DNA of 64,000 nt from an uncultured Sphingomonadaceae bacterium (GTDB lineage Bacteria > Pseudomonadota > Alphaproteobacteria > Sphingomonadales > Sphingomonadaceae). Positions 20,625-31,047 of this stretch are shown here, piece after piece. The stretch lies in contig CANLCX010000007.1 in assembly GCA_947489315.1 (NCBI GenBank), forward strand, positions 40,143-104,142, written 5' to 3'. Within the stretch, counting starts at the first letter, position 1. The number at the start of each line of letters is the position of its first letter. Both the position numbers and the translations under genes were made by a program. The notes below the pieces were generated by a model. The model did not search any database and was not told the origin of the DNA. It saw only the letters and a list, made by a program, of their open reading frames with translations.

Positions 20625-21005
20625 TCAGCTGGTCTCTGGTCCAGCAGGCCGCCAAGCCCAGAGGTAAAGGATCAATCCGGTAATGATAAACATCGCGCAC
20701 CCGGATAACATCCAGGCATTGGCATACCATTGGTCGCCCCAAGAGAAATCGCCTGCCATGATCTTTTTCCAACCATTAAAATGCTGCATGGCAGCCACCA
20801 CTAGACCCAATATTGCCAGCGCGGATGATATCCAACGGTTCAGCCAATGCTGCGGGTTGGCCAAAAGAAGTAGGCCGAGCAGGCCAATAACCGTGCGCTG
20901 GGCGCGGCAATAGGGACATACGTAAACCAAATCTGCTAATTCCGTGAACCATGCGAAAGCAGAAATGAATATGGCTAGGATGGCGATATGGACGCGATAT
21001 TTCAT
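20625..21005 (-). CDS. DsbB/BdbC-like disulfide bond formation membrane protein
   Basis: Four hydrophobic segments and CPYC motif in the first loop. ATG at 21005 is preferred over the upstream TTG. Confidence 0.45.
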   Translation of the reverse strand: MKYRVHIAILAIFISAFAWFTELADLVYVCPYCRAQRTVIGLLGLLLLANPQHWLNRWISSALAILGLVVAAMQHFNGWKKIMAGDFSWGDQWYANAWMLSGCAMFIITGLILYLWAWRPAGPETS

Positions 21006-21058
21006 CAAAACTTCTAAACTCGGCAAAATACCCCCAATTTTAGAAAAGCGAAATCATT

Positions 21059-21994
21059 TTAGTCCCACAGGCTCGAAACGCTGGTTTCATCAGCAATCCG
21101 TTTGATTGCTTCACCCAATAGCGGCGCTATGGTCAGATGCCGAATTTTGTCCGAATCTTTGACCGCGTCTGTTGCACCGATAGAATCGGTGATGACGAGC
21201 TCTTTCAGTCCGCTGTCATTAATCCGCGCCACCGCTCCGCCTGATAATACGCCGTGCGATATATAAGCCACCACTTCGGTAGCACCCTTTGCCTTCAACG
21301 CATCAGCTGCATTGCAGAGGGTTCCGCCGCTATCGACAATGTCATCGATCAATATACAAAAACGCCCAGAGACGTCGCCGATGATGTTCATGACTTCGGA
21401 CTCGCCGGCGCGTTCGCGGCGTTTATCGACAATAGCTAGCGGTGCGTTATCCAGCCGCTTGGCGAGCGCACGGGCGCGGACCACGCCGCCAACATCGGGT
21501 GACACGACCATCAGCTCATGGCCGGCAAAACGCGCTTGAATATCGGCCGACATAACCGGTGCGCCGTAAAGATTGTCGGTCGGAATATCGAAAAAGCCCT
21601 GAATCTGGCCGGCATGCAGATCGATCGACAGCACCCGGTCGGCGCCCGCTTCGGTAATCAGATTCGCGACCAGCTTTGCGGAGATAGGCGTTCTCGGACC
21701 CGGTTTCCGATCCTGCCGCGCATAGCCGAAATAGGGGATAACGGCGGTGATGCGCTTTGCTGAGGCCCGGCGCAGGGCGTCGATGCCGATTAGCAATTCC
21801 ATCAAATTGTCATTGGCCGGAAAGCTGGTCGATTGCATGATGAAGACATCTTCACCGCGCACATTTTCATGGATTTCGATGAAAATCTCATCATCTGCGA
21901 AGCGTTTGACGCTGGCATCGGTGAGTTTGATATCCAGATAATCGGCTACGGACTGCGCGAGCGACAAATTGCTGTTGCCGGACATGAGTTTCAT
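21059..21994 (-). CDS. prs: ribose-phosphate pyrophosphokinase
   Basis: MKLMSGNSN..., [15 protein letters not shown]-binding loop [12 protein letters not shown]. The upstream 31-codon ORF extension is judged non-coding. Confidence 0.9.
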   Translation of the reverse strand: MKLMSGNSNLSLAQSVADYLDIKLTDASVKRFADDEIFIEIHENVRGEDVFIMQSTSFPANDNLMELLIGIDALRRASAKRITAVIPYFGYARQDRKPGPRTPISAKLVANLITEAGADRVLSIDLHAGQIQGFFDIPTDNLYGAPVMSADIQARFAGHELMVVSPDVGGVVRARALAKRLDNAPLAIVDKRRERAGESEVMNIIGDVSGRFCILIDDIVDSGGTLCNAADALKAKGATEVVAYISHGVLSGGAVARINDSGLKELVITDSIGATDAVKDSDKIRHLTIAPLLGEAIKRIADETSVSSLWD

Positions 21995-22105
21995 TGCGTG
22001 GCTACCCCTTGAGCAGGTCAGCCATTGCATCAGAATCGCGGACCCTATGTGAATGATTCGCGACCCTGTTAGACAGGTGAACCGCAAATCAAAAGCGCCT
22101 TTTGG

Positions 22106-22972
22106 TCAAATCCAGCCCATTTGTTTCAGCTTTGTGACATAGGCGCGGGAAACCGGCACTTCCAGCCCGCCAGATAGCGACAGGCGCAGGTTCCGTCCGT
22201 CGCGCTTTGACGTTAGAATCGCATCGCGCGCGACCCACCAGCTGCGATGGACCTGCATCCCCTCCATCGGTTCCATTTCCTTGATCGCATCGCTGAGCCG
22301 AAGCAACAGCATTTCATCGCGTTCCGCGCTGTGCACGCGGACATAGTGATCTTCGACGCCAAGCGCGGTAATCGGGCTGGAAAAACCTGGGGAAAGCCGA
22401 TCGTGCAATTTGGCCCTGACCGGCTTTTTGCTTTCGGTTTCAGTGCTACCCATCTTCTCGGATGCCGGTTTTTCTGGCGGCTGTTCCATATTCTTGTCTT
22501 GCTGCGCTGATTTTACCAACCGTTCTTCGGGTCCGAACAGCATCCTCATGAACAGGAAAATGCCGAAACCGATGGCCGCGCATTGCAGATAGAGCAATAT
22601 GAAGCGATCGCCGAGAAATTCCGGATCAAACCGCATGCCCGAAATGGCGAAACCGATGAGAAAGGTCAGCGGCAGAGCCGCAACAGCAGTTGCCAATAGT
22701 TCGGCAGCCCAAACCGGAATTCCGACAGTTTCCCTGAGCCAGCCCGCGCTGATGGATACTGGCCGGAAAATCGCATAGCCGATGATGATAAAGCCAACCC
22801 AGTAGGCAAGGCGCAGGGCGGCCGGCATGGCATAAGTGCCAAATGGCCCCAGCAAACCGAAAACGAGCCCGATAAGCGCCATGACCAGCAATTCGACGGC
22901 AATCCATTTGACGGACAATTTTATTTCGCCGCTGCTCATATTTGCCCTCAATTCTTCAACGCGCTGACCCAT
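22106..22972 (-). CDS. membrane-anchored LytTR DNA-binding domain protein
   Basis: Four N-terminal TM segments and a C-terminal LytTR-like block EDHYVRVHSAERDEMLLLRLSDAI...HRSWWV. Confidence 0.65.
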   Translation of the reverse strand: MGQRVEELRANMSSGEIKLSVKWIAVELLVMALIGLVFGLLGPFGTYAMPAALRLAYWVGFIIIGYAIFRPVSISAGWLRETVGIPVWAAELLATAVAALPLTFLIGFAISGMRFDPEFLGDRFILLYLQCAAIGFGIFLFMRMLFGPEERLVKSAQQDKNMEQPPEKPASEKMGSTETESKKPVRAKLHDRLSPGFSSPITALGVEDHYVRVHSAERDEMLLLRLSDAIKEMEPMEGMQVHRSWWVARDAILTSKRDGRNLRLSLSGGLEVPVSRAYVTKLKQMGWI

Positions 22973-23110
22973 TGGCGCTTCGTGAATGGGCCAATTGCCC
23001 GTTTTCTGGGCGCTTCACGAATAAGCGACAACCAGTCACGTAAGCAAGCTGGAATTGCGTTTTCGGATGATCAATCTGGTTTGCAACCAAATGAACCAAT
23101 GGGGAAAATC

Positions 23111-23668
23111 ATGACGAAGCCGAAAGAAGGCGTGCAATCTGAGATGCAAAAGAACAGTGGATATAATATCCAGAATATCATTCTGCTGGGCGGCGCAACT
23201 CTATTGGCTACCCTGGTTCTGATGGCACTGTCTTCCCTTTATGGCGGCTTTGCCTACAGCGCCGATGTAGAGATTGCGCAAAAGCGCCCGATAAGCCTGC
23301 CGGTCATCATTCACCTGGCCACCGTAATCCCGTCCATCCCGCTCGGCGCCTATATCCTGTGGCGTAAAAAAGGCGACCGGCTCCATAAGCATATGGGGCG
23401 CATCTGGGGGATGTTGATGGTGACCACCGCTATTGTGAGCTTCTGGATCGGCCGTCCTGGACAAGGCATTGGCGGAACCGGACTCAGCTTCATCCATATC
23501 TTTTCCGTGTTGACCTTGGTGTCGATTCCCTACGGTATCTGGCAGATCCGGCGTGGCAATGTTGTCGAACATTACCGCGCGATGCAGGGGCCCTATATTG
23601 GCCTGATCATCGCCGGCCTGTTTGCCTTCATTCCTGGTCGGGCCATGGGGTCGCTAGTTTTCGGATAA
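23111..23668 (+). CDS. integral membrane protein (DUF2306-like)
   Basis: Multi-TM ORF. Start is uncertain: the ATG at 23111 has GGGGA upstream, and the track ORF begins at 22982. Confidence 0.4.
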   Translation: MTKPKEGVQSEMQKNSGYNIQNIILLGGATLLATLVLMALSSLYGGFAYSADVEIAQKRPISLPVIIHLATVIPSIPLGAYILWRKKGDRLHKHMGRIWGMLMVTTAIVSFWIGRPGQGIGGTGLSFIHIFSVLTLVSIPYGIWQIRRGNVVEHYRAMQGPYIGLIIAGLFAFIPGRAMGSLVFG

Positions 23669-23708
23669 ATCATTTGCCCCGCGCAGCGCGGGTTTCTATC
23701 AGGGCGCA

Positions 23709-25364
23709 ATGACAGCACAGCTCACCATTACCCTGGCCCAAATGACTCAAGCGGTTGGCGATTTGCGCGGCAATGCCGATGCGATGATCGCCGTATATCA
23801 GTCAAAGCCGGATAGCGACCTGGTCGTGTTTCCCGAGCTGCAGCTCATTGGCTATCCGCCCGAGGATCTGGTGCTGAAACCGGCGGTCGTGGAGCGCGCC
23901 GAAACGGAATTGCAGCGATTGGCAGACGCGACGCAGGATAGCGCGCCAGCCATGTTGGTAGGATCAATTTTCCGAGAGAATGGCAATCTCTATAATGGCA
24001 TCGCTCTGCTCGAAGGCGGTGAGATCAAAGAGGTGCGATACAAGGTTGAGCTTCCCAATTACGGCACATTTGATGAAAAACGCCTGTTCGCTTCTGGCCC
24101 GCTGCCTGACCCTATCGACTTTCGCGGCTGCAAAATCGGTTTGCCCATTTGCGAAGATGTCTGGTTCCCGACCGTCTGCGAACATCTCAAAGCGCAGGGC
24201 GCGGAAATGCTGATTTCCGTCCATGGCAGTCCCTATGAAATCGAGAAAGATGATCGCCGTCTGGGCCAAGTGGCGACTCAGCGGGTGCGGGAAACCGGCC
24301 TGCCGCTGCTGTTCCTCAACCGCATTGGCGGCCAGGACGAAGTGGTGTTTGATGGCGCGAGTTTCGTCTTGAATGGCGACACCAGCGTGATGCATCAGCT
24401 TCCGGACTGGGATGAAGCGATTGTCGATACCCACTGGTCGAACGAGGATCAGGGTTGGACCTGCCAGCAAGGCGAGATCCACAAGCTCGATGATCATCCC
24501 GCCGATATATATAACGCGATGATAGTTGGCTTACGCGACTATGTGAATGCCAACCGCTTTCCTGGCGTCATCCTTGGCTTGTCCGGCGGTATCGATAGTG
24601 CGCTGTCTGCGGCCGTGGCGGTTGATGCTCTGGGTGCGGACCGGGTCTGGTGTGTGATGATGCCATCGCGCTTCACGTCACAAGAGAGTTTGGACGATGC
24701 GGCCGGCTGCGCAGCAATGCTCGGCACGCGGCTCGACACCATTTCAATTGTTCCGGCAATCCAAGGCTTTGACGCGATGCTCGAAGACAGTTTTGCCGAT
24801 GAAGAGGTCGATATCACCGAAGAGAATATCCAGTCGCGTATCCGCGGCGTGACGCTGATGGCGATGAGCAACAAATTTGGCCATATGCTGCTAACCACCG
24901 GCAACAAGAGCGAGATGAGTGTCGGCTATGCGACCATATATGGCGATATGGCCGGCGGCTATTCCGTGCTGAAAGATGCCTATAAGCTGACATGTTTCAA
25001 ACTGTCGGAATGGCGTAATCGTAACAAACCGTCGCTCGGCATGGGTCCTGATGGACCCGTTATGCCAGACACGGTCATCACGAAACCGCCAACAGCTGAA
25101 TTGCGCGAAGACCAGAAGGACAGCGATAGCCTGCCTGAATATGAAATTCTCGATCCCTTACTTCATGGTCTAGTAGAAGAAGAACTATCGGTAACCGATC
25201 TGGTAGAACGCGGCTTTGATCGCGAAACGGTGATAAGAATCGAGAAACTACTCTATATAGCCGAATATAAACGGCGTCAGGCCCCTCCCGGCGTGAAACT
25301 GGGCACCAGAAATTTTGGCCGAGACCGGCGCTATCCCATTACCAATGCATTTAGGACAATATGA
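23709..25364 (+). CDS. nadE: glutamine-dependent NAD+ synthetase
   Basis: N-terminal CN-hydrolase domain plus synthetase domain with SGGIDS P-loop, 551 aa. Confidence 0.9.
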   Translation: MTAQLTITLAQMTQAVGDLRGNADAMIAVYQSKPDSDLVVFPELQLIGYPPEDLVLKPAVVERAETELQRLADATQDSAPAMLVGSIFRENGNLYNGIALLEGGEIKEVRYKVELPNYGTFDEKRLFASGPLPDPIDFRGCKIGLPICEDVWFPTVCEHLKAQGAEMLISVHGSPYEIEKDDRRLGQVATQRVRETGLPLLFLNRIGGQDEVVFDGASFVLNGDTSVMHQLPDWDEAIVDTHWSNEDQGWTCQQGEIHKLDDHPADIYNAMIVGLRDYVNANRFPGVILGLSGGIDSALSAAVAVDALGADRVWCVMMPSRFTSQESLDDAAGCAAMLGTRLDTISIVPAIQGFDAMLEDSFADEEVDITEENIQSRIRGVTLMAMSNKFGHMLLTTGNKSEMSVGYATIYGDMAGGYSVLKDAYKLTCFKLSEWRNRNKPSLGMGPDGPVMPDTVITKPPTAELREDQKDSDSLPEYEILDPLLHGLVEEELSVTDLVERGFDRETVIRIEKLLYIAEYKRRQAPPGVKLGTRNFGRDRRYPITNAFRTI

Positions 25365-26698
25365 CCATAAAGACCCGCTTCGCGCCCTCTCCAACGGGCC
25401 ATCTTCATGTCGGCAATATCCGTACCGCGCTCCATAACTGGATGTTTGCCAAGAAAAACGGCGGAGAATTCCTGCTGCGGCTCGATGATACCGACAAGGA
25501 GCGCTCCAAGGAGGAATATGTCACCGCCATTCGCGCCGATCTCGCATGGCTGGGCATCCATCCCGATAGCGAAGAGCGGCAGTCGGCGCGTTTCGATCGT
25601 TACGAAGAGCGGTTTGAGGAACTGAAGGCGTCGGGCCGGGTCTATCCCGCTTATGAAACCGCGCAGGAGCTGGATCTGAAGCGTAAGGTGCAGCTTGGTC
25701 GCGGAAAACCGCCAACCTATGACCGCGGCGCGCTTGACCTGACCGATGCAGAAATAGCGGCCTTTGAAGCGGAAGGCCGCAAGGCGCATTGGCGCTTCAA
25801 GCTAGATCATGAGATACCGATTATATGGACGGACCTCATCCGTGGCGACCAGAATTTTGATCCGGCTTTGCTCTCTGATCCGGTCATTCGGCGTGAAGAC
25901 GGCAGCTGGCTCTATATGCTGCCTTCCACCATTGATGATATGGATATGGGCATCACCCATGTCGTGCGCGGTGAAGACCATGTGGCCAATACCGCTGTCC
26001 AGATTCAGATGTTTCAGGCCTTTGGCGCGAGCACACCTGAATTTGCGCATGAAGCGCTGTTGATCGGTACCGAGGGCAAGCTTTCGAAGCGGCTGGGCTC
26101 ATTAGGTGTTGGCGGTTTTCGAGAACGCCATATCGAACCGCAATCTATCGTTGCCCTACTCGCACGGATCGGCACCAGCGATCCGGTGGAACCGATTGCT
26201 GACGTTATGATGCTAGTGGAAGGCTTTGATTTTTCACGCTTTGGGCGCGCGCCAGCACGTTTTGACGATGAAGAGCTGGCACAGCTGAATCAGAAGATCG
26301 TGCATCTGTTGGCCTATGCCGAAGTAGAGGACCGCCTGCCAAGCGCGATGTCCGCCGAGGCATGGGGCGTCATTCGCCCCAACCTGCATGATATGGGTGA
26401 GGTAGATCGCTGGTGGCAGGTGGTAACCGGTCCTGTGGCCGCTGCCGAACTGGCCGCTGAAGATACCGACTTTCTGGGGCAAGCACGCGCGACATTAGAA
26501 AGCCTGCCATGGACAGAGACGATTTGGAAAGACTGGACAGGCGCGCTCAAGGAAAGCACGGGCCGTAAGGGCAAGCCCTTGTTCATGCCGTTGCGGCAGG
26601 CCCTGACCGGTCTTGAACATGGCCCGGATATGGGCGCGTTGCTGCCCCTTATCGGCCGGGAATCAGCGCTTGAACGTCTGAAAAACGCCTCTTCATAA
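25361..26698 (+). CDS. gltX: glutamate--tRNA ligase
   Basis: HIGH motif PSPTGHLHVGN and KMSKS-like KLSKR. Confidence 0.9.
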   Translation: MTIKTRFAPSPTGHLHVGNIRTALHNWMFAKKNGGEFLLRLDDTDKERSKEEYVTAIRADLAWLGIHPDSEERQSARFDRYEERFEELKASGRVYPAYETAQELDLKRKVQLGRGKPPTYDRGALDLTDAEIAAFEAEGRKAHWRFKLDHEIPIIWTDLIRGDQNFDPALLSDPVIRREDGSWLYMLPSTIDDMDMGITHVVRGEDHVANTAVQIQMFQAFGASTPEFAHEALLIGTEGKLSKRLGSLGVGGFRERHIEPQSIVALLARIGTSDPVEPIADVMMLVEGFDFSRFGRAPARFDDEELAQLNQKIVHLLAYAEVEDRLPSAMSAEAWGVIRPNLHDMGEVDRWWQVVTGPVAAAELAAEDTDFLGQARATLESLPWTETIWKDWTGALKESTGRKGKPLFMPLRQALTGLEHGPDMGALLPLIGRESALERLKNASS

Positions 26699-26710
26699 GG
26701 CGTTATTTTG
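26684..26710 (+). terminator. rho-independent terminator candidate after gltX
   Basis: aacgcc-tcttcataa-ggcgtt followed by attttgg; overlaps the stop codon. Confidence 0.5.
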
Positions 26711-26852
26711 GTCCGGATAGCATGTCCGAAATCTCATACCCTTGATTTATATATGTTATAGTATATCATTACACATGACGGTGCGGATATATAGCGCCAC
26801 ATAATGGGGCAACTGCACTGTCATCCGAGGAGACGGATGAAAGGACAGACTT

Positions 26853-27524
26853 ATGAGCTTCACTTCAACTTACGCACAAAAACCACCTAATTATAAAGGG
26901 ATCGGCCTGACCGTTGGCTTTCACGCTCTGGTTTTTGCCGGTATCATGGCAATGCCAGGTATAGATTTGCCGGACAAACTGCCGACCATCATGGAAACTT
27001 ACGATGTGATCGTGAAGCCGGAGCCGGTGGAAGCCATCCCAGAGCCGAAAAAGGTGGAGTTAGAAACGCCAACGAAGGCGCAAGATGCGGTGAAAGTAAC
27101 ACCGGTCGTCAATCCGCCGGTATTTAATGACGCGCCGGTAAATAGATTTGCTGACATCGATAATGGCATTGATTTTAGTGGGTTAGGGGATCGAATAGAG
27201 GCTCCTATCGCGCCTGTTGAAGCCATTCCAGACCCGGTCATTGCGGGTGCCAAGCTCAATACCCGCTTTAGCAAACAGTTTCAGCCGCCCTACCCCTCTG
27301 GTCTGCTGCGCATGGGCGAGGAGGGTATGGTTACGGTTCGCGTTCTGGTGGGAACAGACGGTCGCGCCAAACAGATTGAGCTGATTGACAGCCCGCATGA
27401 CGGCTTCTGGACCGCGACCAAGCGGCACGCATTAAAGAAATGGCGTTTTGAACCTGCCACAAAAGATGGCGCGCCTTTTGAAAGCTGGATGACCCTAAAA
27501 GTCCGCTTTCAGATTAACAGCTGA
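26853..27524 (+). CDS. TonB family energy transducer
   Basis: N-terminal TM, Pro/Glu-rich spacer, C-terminal block YPSGLLRMGEEGMVTVRVLVGTDGR. Confidence 0.75.
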   Translation: MSFTSTYAQKPPNYKGIGLTVGFHALVFAGIMAMPGIDLPDKLPTIMETYDVIVKPEPVEAIPEPKKVELETPTKAQDAVKVTPVVNPPVFNDAPVNRFADIDNGIDFSGLGDRIEAPIAPVEAIPDPVIAGAKLNTRFSKQFQPPYPSGLLRMGEEGMVTVRVLVGTDGRAKQIELIDSPHDGFWTATKRHALKKWRFEPATKDGAPFESWMTLKVRFQINS

Positions 27525-27613
27525 CCTAAAAAGCGCAAAGACCAGCCCTGCTGCGGACATAATCTGCTGCTTCGGGGCTGGTCATAACCGCATTTGCTCC
27601 CTATTTAACGATC

Positions 27614-28024
27614 ATGAAAATGTTAAAAGATGTTTCCGTCGGTGGCGGACTGAAAGATTTGTTCACCCTTTTGCGGCGGAATCCCAAAGAACAAGCGCTT
27701 CCCCTTTCTCTGGCTTTTGCTTGCTCTGGCTTCATCTTTTTTCTGTTCATCATCGACCCGAAGGTCAATACGGATGTCTATGTCCCGCAAGAAGTTGTCT
27801 ATGTTGAAAATTGGTCATTGGAGCGCGCGGATGAAGACATATTGGCCGACCGCTGGTATGTCCAATGCCTGAAAGACAAGCGCGATGCTAAACGGCGCGA
27901 AGCCATGAAATCCTTAGGCCGCATGTCCGGCATGGATGTCGACGAAATTGAGCGTCAAGCGAAAGCGGACAGACTGGCGCGCGGCGATATCGAGGTGGAG
28001 CGGCCAGCCGACGTCACATGCTGA
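27614..28024 (+). CDS. hypothetical membrane protein
   Basis: One TM segment; overlaps the ribD start by 7 nt, suggesting co-translation. No family recognised. Confidence 0.45.
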   Translation: MKMLKDVSVGGGLKDLFTLLRRNPKEQALPLSLAFACSGFIFFLFIIDPKVNTDVYVPQEVVYVENWSLERADEDILADRWYVQCLKDKRDAKRREAMKSLGRMSGMDVDEIERQAKADRLARGDIEVERPADVTC

Positions 28025-28995
28025 ACAGCAATAAAGATGCCCGCTTTATGGCGGCTGCGATAGCTTTATCCGAACGCGGCCGTGGCCGAACCGGTGATAA
28101 TCCGAATGTCGGTTGCATCATCGTCAAAAATAATATGATTATCGGCCGCGGCTGGACTCAGCCGGGTGGCCGCCCTCACGCAGAAGCCATGGCTTTGGCG
28201 CAAGCTGGCAAGGCTGCCAAGGGCGCTGATATGTATGTGACAATGGAACCATGTGCCCATCAAAGTAAACGAGGTCCAACCTGTGCCGATCTGGTCAAGG
28301 AAGCAGCGCCAGCGCGCGTGATTGTTGCGACACTGGACGTTGATGAACGGACCCGGCGCCAAGGGATTGATAAGCTTGGTGAAGCAGGCATTTCCGTATC
28401 GGTCGGTGTTCTCGAACAGCAGGCGCATCGAGCGATGGCGGGGTTTTTCACCCGCATGGAAAAGGGGCGGCCGCATGTCACGTTAAAGCTCGCCATGTCA
28501 CTGGATGGCTGTATCGCGATGGCGGACGGCACCAGCAAATGGATTACAGGCGCCCCCGCCCGCGCCCATGCGCATCTTGAACGGGCGCGCTGTGACGCGA
28601 TTTTGGTTGGTGCAGGCACGGTGGCCGCTGATAGCCCTGGACTTGATGTCCGCCTGACCGGTCTGGAAGACCGCTCACCGAACCCTGTGGTCCTCGGTAA
28701 AGCTGAGGTTACGGAGCATTGGACTGAAATTTCCCAACCCGAAGCCATTGCAGGGCTAGACAAGACAAATTGGCTGTTGGTCGAAGGAGGGGCAGCAACA
28801 GCAGCATCTTTCCTGAAGGCTGGCCTGGTTGATCGCTTGCTACTCTACCGGGCTCCCATCATTATTGGTGGCGGCTTGCCGGGCATTGCTGATATAGGTC
28901 TTGGCAGTCTTGACGTCGCGCATGGTCAGTGGAACCGGCAGGATCGGCGCGATCTCGGTCAGGATGTGCTTGAGATATACGAACGCGCAGCCTAA
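28018..28995 (+). CDS. ribD: bifunctional riboflavin biosynthesis deaminase/reductase RibD
   Basis: Deaminase zinc motifs HAE and TMEPCAH, C-terminal reductase domain. Confidence 0.85.
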   Translation: MLNSNKDARFMAAAIALSERGRGRTGDNPNVGCIIVKNNMIIGRGWTQPGGRPHAEAMALAQAGKAAKGADMYVTMEPCAHQSKRGPTCADLVKEAAPARVIVATLDVDERTRRQGIDKLGEAGISVSVGVLEQQAHRAMAGFFTRMEKGRPHVTLKLAMSLDGCIAMADGTSKWITGAPARAHAHLERARCDAILVGAGTVAADSPGLDVRLTGLEDRSPNPVVLGKAEVTEHWTEISQPEAIAGLDKTNWLLVEGGAATAASFLKAGLVDRLLLYRAPIIIGGGLPGIADIGLGSLDVAHGQWNRQDRRDLGQDVLEIYERAA

Positions 28996-29040
28996 GTTCC
29001 CTAGCCTAGCTATTGAACCCAATCTTCATAAAGGCTTCCC

Positions 29041-29655
29041 ATGTTTACAGGCATAGTTTCCGATATCGGTACGATCACTAAGGTGGAAGAGCGGGGCGAC
29101 CTGCGGTTGGTCATATCCTGCCATTATGACATGGGTGGCGTTGATATTGGCGCATCGATCGCCTGTTCCGGTGCCTGTCTGACAGTTGTTGATAAAGGAT
29201 CCGACTGGTTTGCCATTGATATTTCCGCCGAAAGCATATCAAAAACCGCGAAATCTATGTGGGTGGAGGGGCGCAAGCTCAACCTTGAACGCGCGCTGAA
29301 AGTCGGCGACGAATTGGGCGGCCATATTGTCACCGGCCATGTTGATGCGGTGGGTGAGGTTGTGTCGATTGAAACCGAAGGGGATTCGCATCCCATTCGT
29401 ATCCACGCACCCAAGGAAATTGCAGCCTATCTCGCCCCAAAGGGCTCAATCACAGTGGATGGCATATCTCTAACCGTCAATACGGTGGACGATCAGGCGG
29501 ATGGCAGCACGATTTTCGGACTGAATATCATTCCGCATACAGCCAGCGTTACGACCTTTGCCGACCTGAAAGCCGGCGATCAGGTCAATCTAGAGATTGA
29601 TATATTGGCACGCTATCTGTCCCGAATGGAAAAATTGCGCGCCGTTACGGCTTAA
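29041..29655 (+). CDS. ribE: riboflavin synthase
   Basis: MFTGIVSDIGTI and internal repeat of the lumazine-binding domain (GHIVTGHVD). Confidence 0.85.
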   Translation: MFTGIVSDIGTITKVEERGDLRLVISCHYDMGGVDIGASIACSGACLTVVDKGSDWFAIDISAESISKTAKSMWVEGRKLNLERALKVGDELGGHIVTGHVDAVGEVVSIETEGDSHPIRIHAPKEIAAYLAPKGSITVDGISLTVNTVDDQADGSTIFGLNIIPHTASVTTFADLKAGDQVNLEIDILARYLSRMEKLRAVTA

Positions 29656-29662
29656 ACCTGAC

Positions 29663-30514
29663 CTAAAATGGCAACCATCTCTGCTTCTTGCTGAACTTCA
29701 TATAGCCAACATTCGCGCCTAAGCGGAGTCCGGCACCCAGTCGGACCGGGATCAGCACTTTGTCGCCGCTACGCAAATAGCTCACATGAAAACCGCCAAC
29801 AAAATAGGCCGCGCCCTCTCCCGCAGGGAAGCGCTGATACAAATCTTCGGTGTCATAGAGATTGTAGACGAGCACAAAGCTATTCGCTGCATTACCGCCG
29901 ACATCAAAACCGATGGATGGGCCGGTCCAGTAAACCGGTTTTTCGCCTTCAATCTTGTGATATAATTTGCCAGAACCATAGCGCAGTCCCACGACAAACG
30001 CGCCAGAGGCTTCCCGGCCCGCAATATAGGCATTGGGACGTCCCTGCTTCTTCAAAATATCTTCGATCACTCCGGCAAGGCCTTTGGCACCTTTGCCAAA
30101 CACGCCTTCTGCAGCGCCGATTAGATCATCATCCTGAAAAGTTGTCGCATCGTCGACATTGGCAACCACAGTGCCATTCTCATCAACAGCATTTTGGTCA
30201 TAGCCATTCTCGTTCACGGGATCATCATAGCTCGTGCCATTGTCGACGTCGCCGGGCTGGACGAGATCGCTGTCTATGTCGCTGTTCACCGACGTATCTT
30301 GCTCGGGTGCAGGCGCTTCGAAATTCCCGTCATAGTCTGGATTGTTGAGATCAGCGTCAATCGCATCATTGGGATCAATCGTCTGGACCTGCGCAAAAGC
30401 AGGAGACATGGTTGGCGAACAAGCCAACGCAGCGACGGCGAATAGGCTAAGCAGCTTTTTGCCGCCAAGCAGTCTCATACCGAGAGTCTCACGGGTAAAT
30501 TTTTTCACAGACAT
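29663..30514 (-). CDS. DUF1134-like secreted protein
   Basis: Signal peptide after MSVKKF/MRLLGGKKLLSLFAVAALA, acidic low-complexity region, C-terminal Gly-rich beta-type domain. The long upstream ORF extension is rejected. Confidence 0.5.
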   Translation of the reverse strand: MSVKKFTRETLGMRLLGGKKLLSLFAVAALACSPTMSPAFAQVQTIDPNDAIDADLNNPDYDGNFEAPAPEQDTSVNSDIDSDLVQPGDVDNGTSYDDPVNENGYDQNAVDENGTVVANVDDATTFQDDDLIGAAEGVFGKGAKGLAGVIEDILKKQGRPNAYIAGREASGAFVVGLRYGSGKLYHKIEGEKPVYWTGPSIGFDVGGNAANSFVLVYNLYDTEDLYQRFPAGEGAAYFVGGFHVSYLRSGDKVLIPVRLGAGLRLGANVGYMKFSKKQRWLPF

Positions 30515-30809
30515 TTCCTTTGGACACGACTTAAACATGGGTAAAATCCTTCCCATACCAGCCGGGATCGACAATGGCGTTTCGCGATGACTAGGCAATG
30601 AACGGACGATGACCCGAGTCGAATTTGCGACCTGTTGAGTGTTTTTGCGGATTTGCGGCAAGAATTGATGGGTGATCGATCCTTCAAGTCCCCATTTCAG
30701 GCGGCATTTTGGTTGACGATGCATGATCAAAGCACAGCTGGCCACTTTACCCATTGCAGCCAATGCAATGGGCCGTTATAGCGCTGAAACTTGGCCAAGC
30801 CAGTCATGA

Positions 30810-30901
30810 GGACACGTGGGTGAGCGGCTGAAACCACCTCCCTGCTAAGGAGGCAAGGGCCTCACGGTCCTTCGAGGGTTCGAATCCCTCCGTGTCCTCC
30901 A
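30810..30901 (+). tRNA. tRNA-Ser (anticodon GCT)
   Basis: Acceptor GGACACG/CGTGTCC; anticodon stem CCTCC/GGAGG with loop CTGCTAA; long variable arm; T-arm GAGGG-TTCGAAT-CCCTC; encoded CCA. Confidence 0.85.
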
Positions 30902-31047
30902 TTTATATTATCCCAGAAAATCTCATATAGTCCCTAAGGCAATGATTTTGCTTGGCTTTTCGGCTTGTGCGACTTTCATGCGTTCTTATAATGTTCCACA
31001 GAAGCCCACAATAAGTGTGGGGTAAATTGTGGGGTAAGTCGGGATGA

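Noticed and set aside
21995-22087. N-terminal ORF extensions of prs, and likewise of the DUF1134 gene (30515-30763), rmlD (53802-53918), rmlA (55231-55287) and the isomerase (51861-51935)
   Set aside because: The extensions lack homology-like sequence and overlap upstream genes or promoters. Internal ATGs reproduce the canonical N-termini ([25 protein letters not shown]).
30750-30772. Perfect 9-bp hairpin cccattgca-gccaa-tgcaatggg 38 nt upstream of tRNA-Ser(GCT)
   Set aside because: It has no U-run and no recurrence noticed in the window. It could be a processing or promoter-associated structure, but there is nothing to support a specific function.
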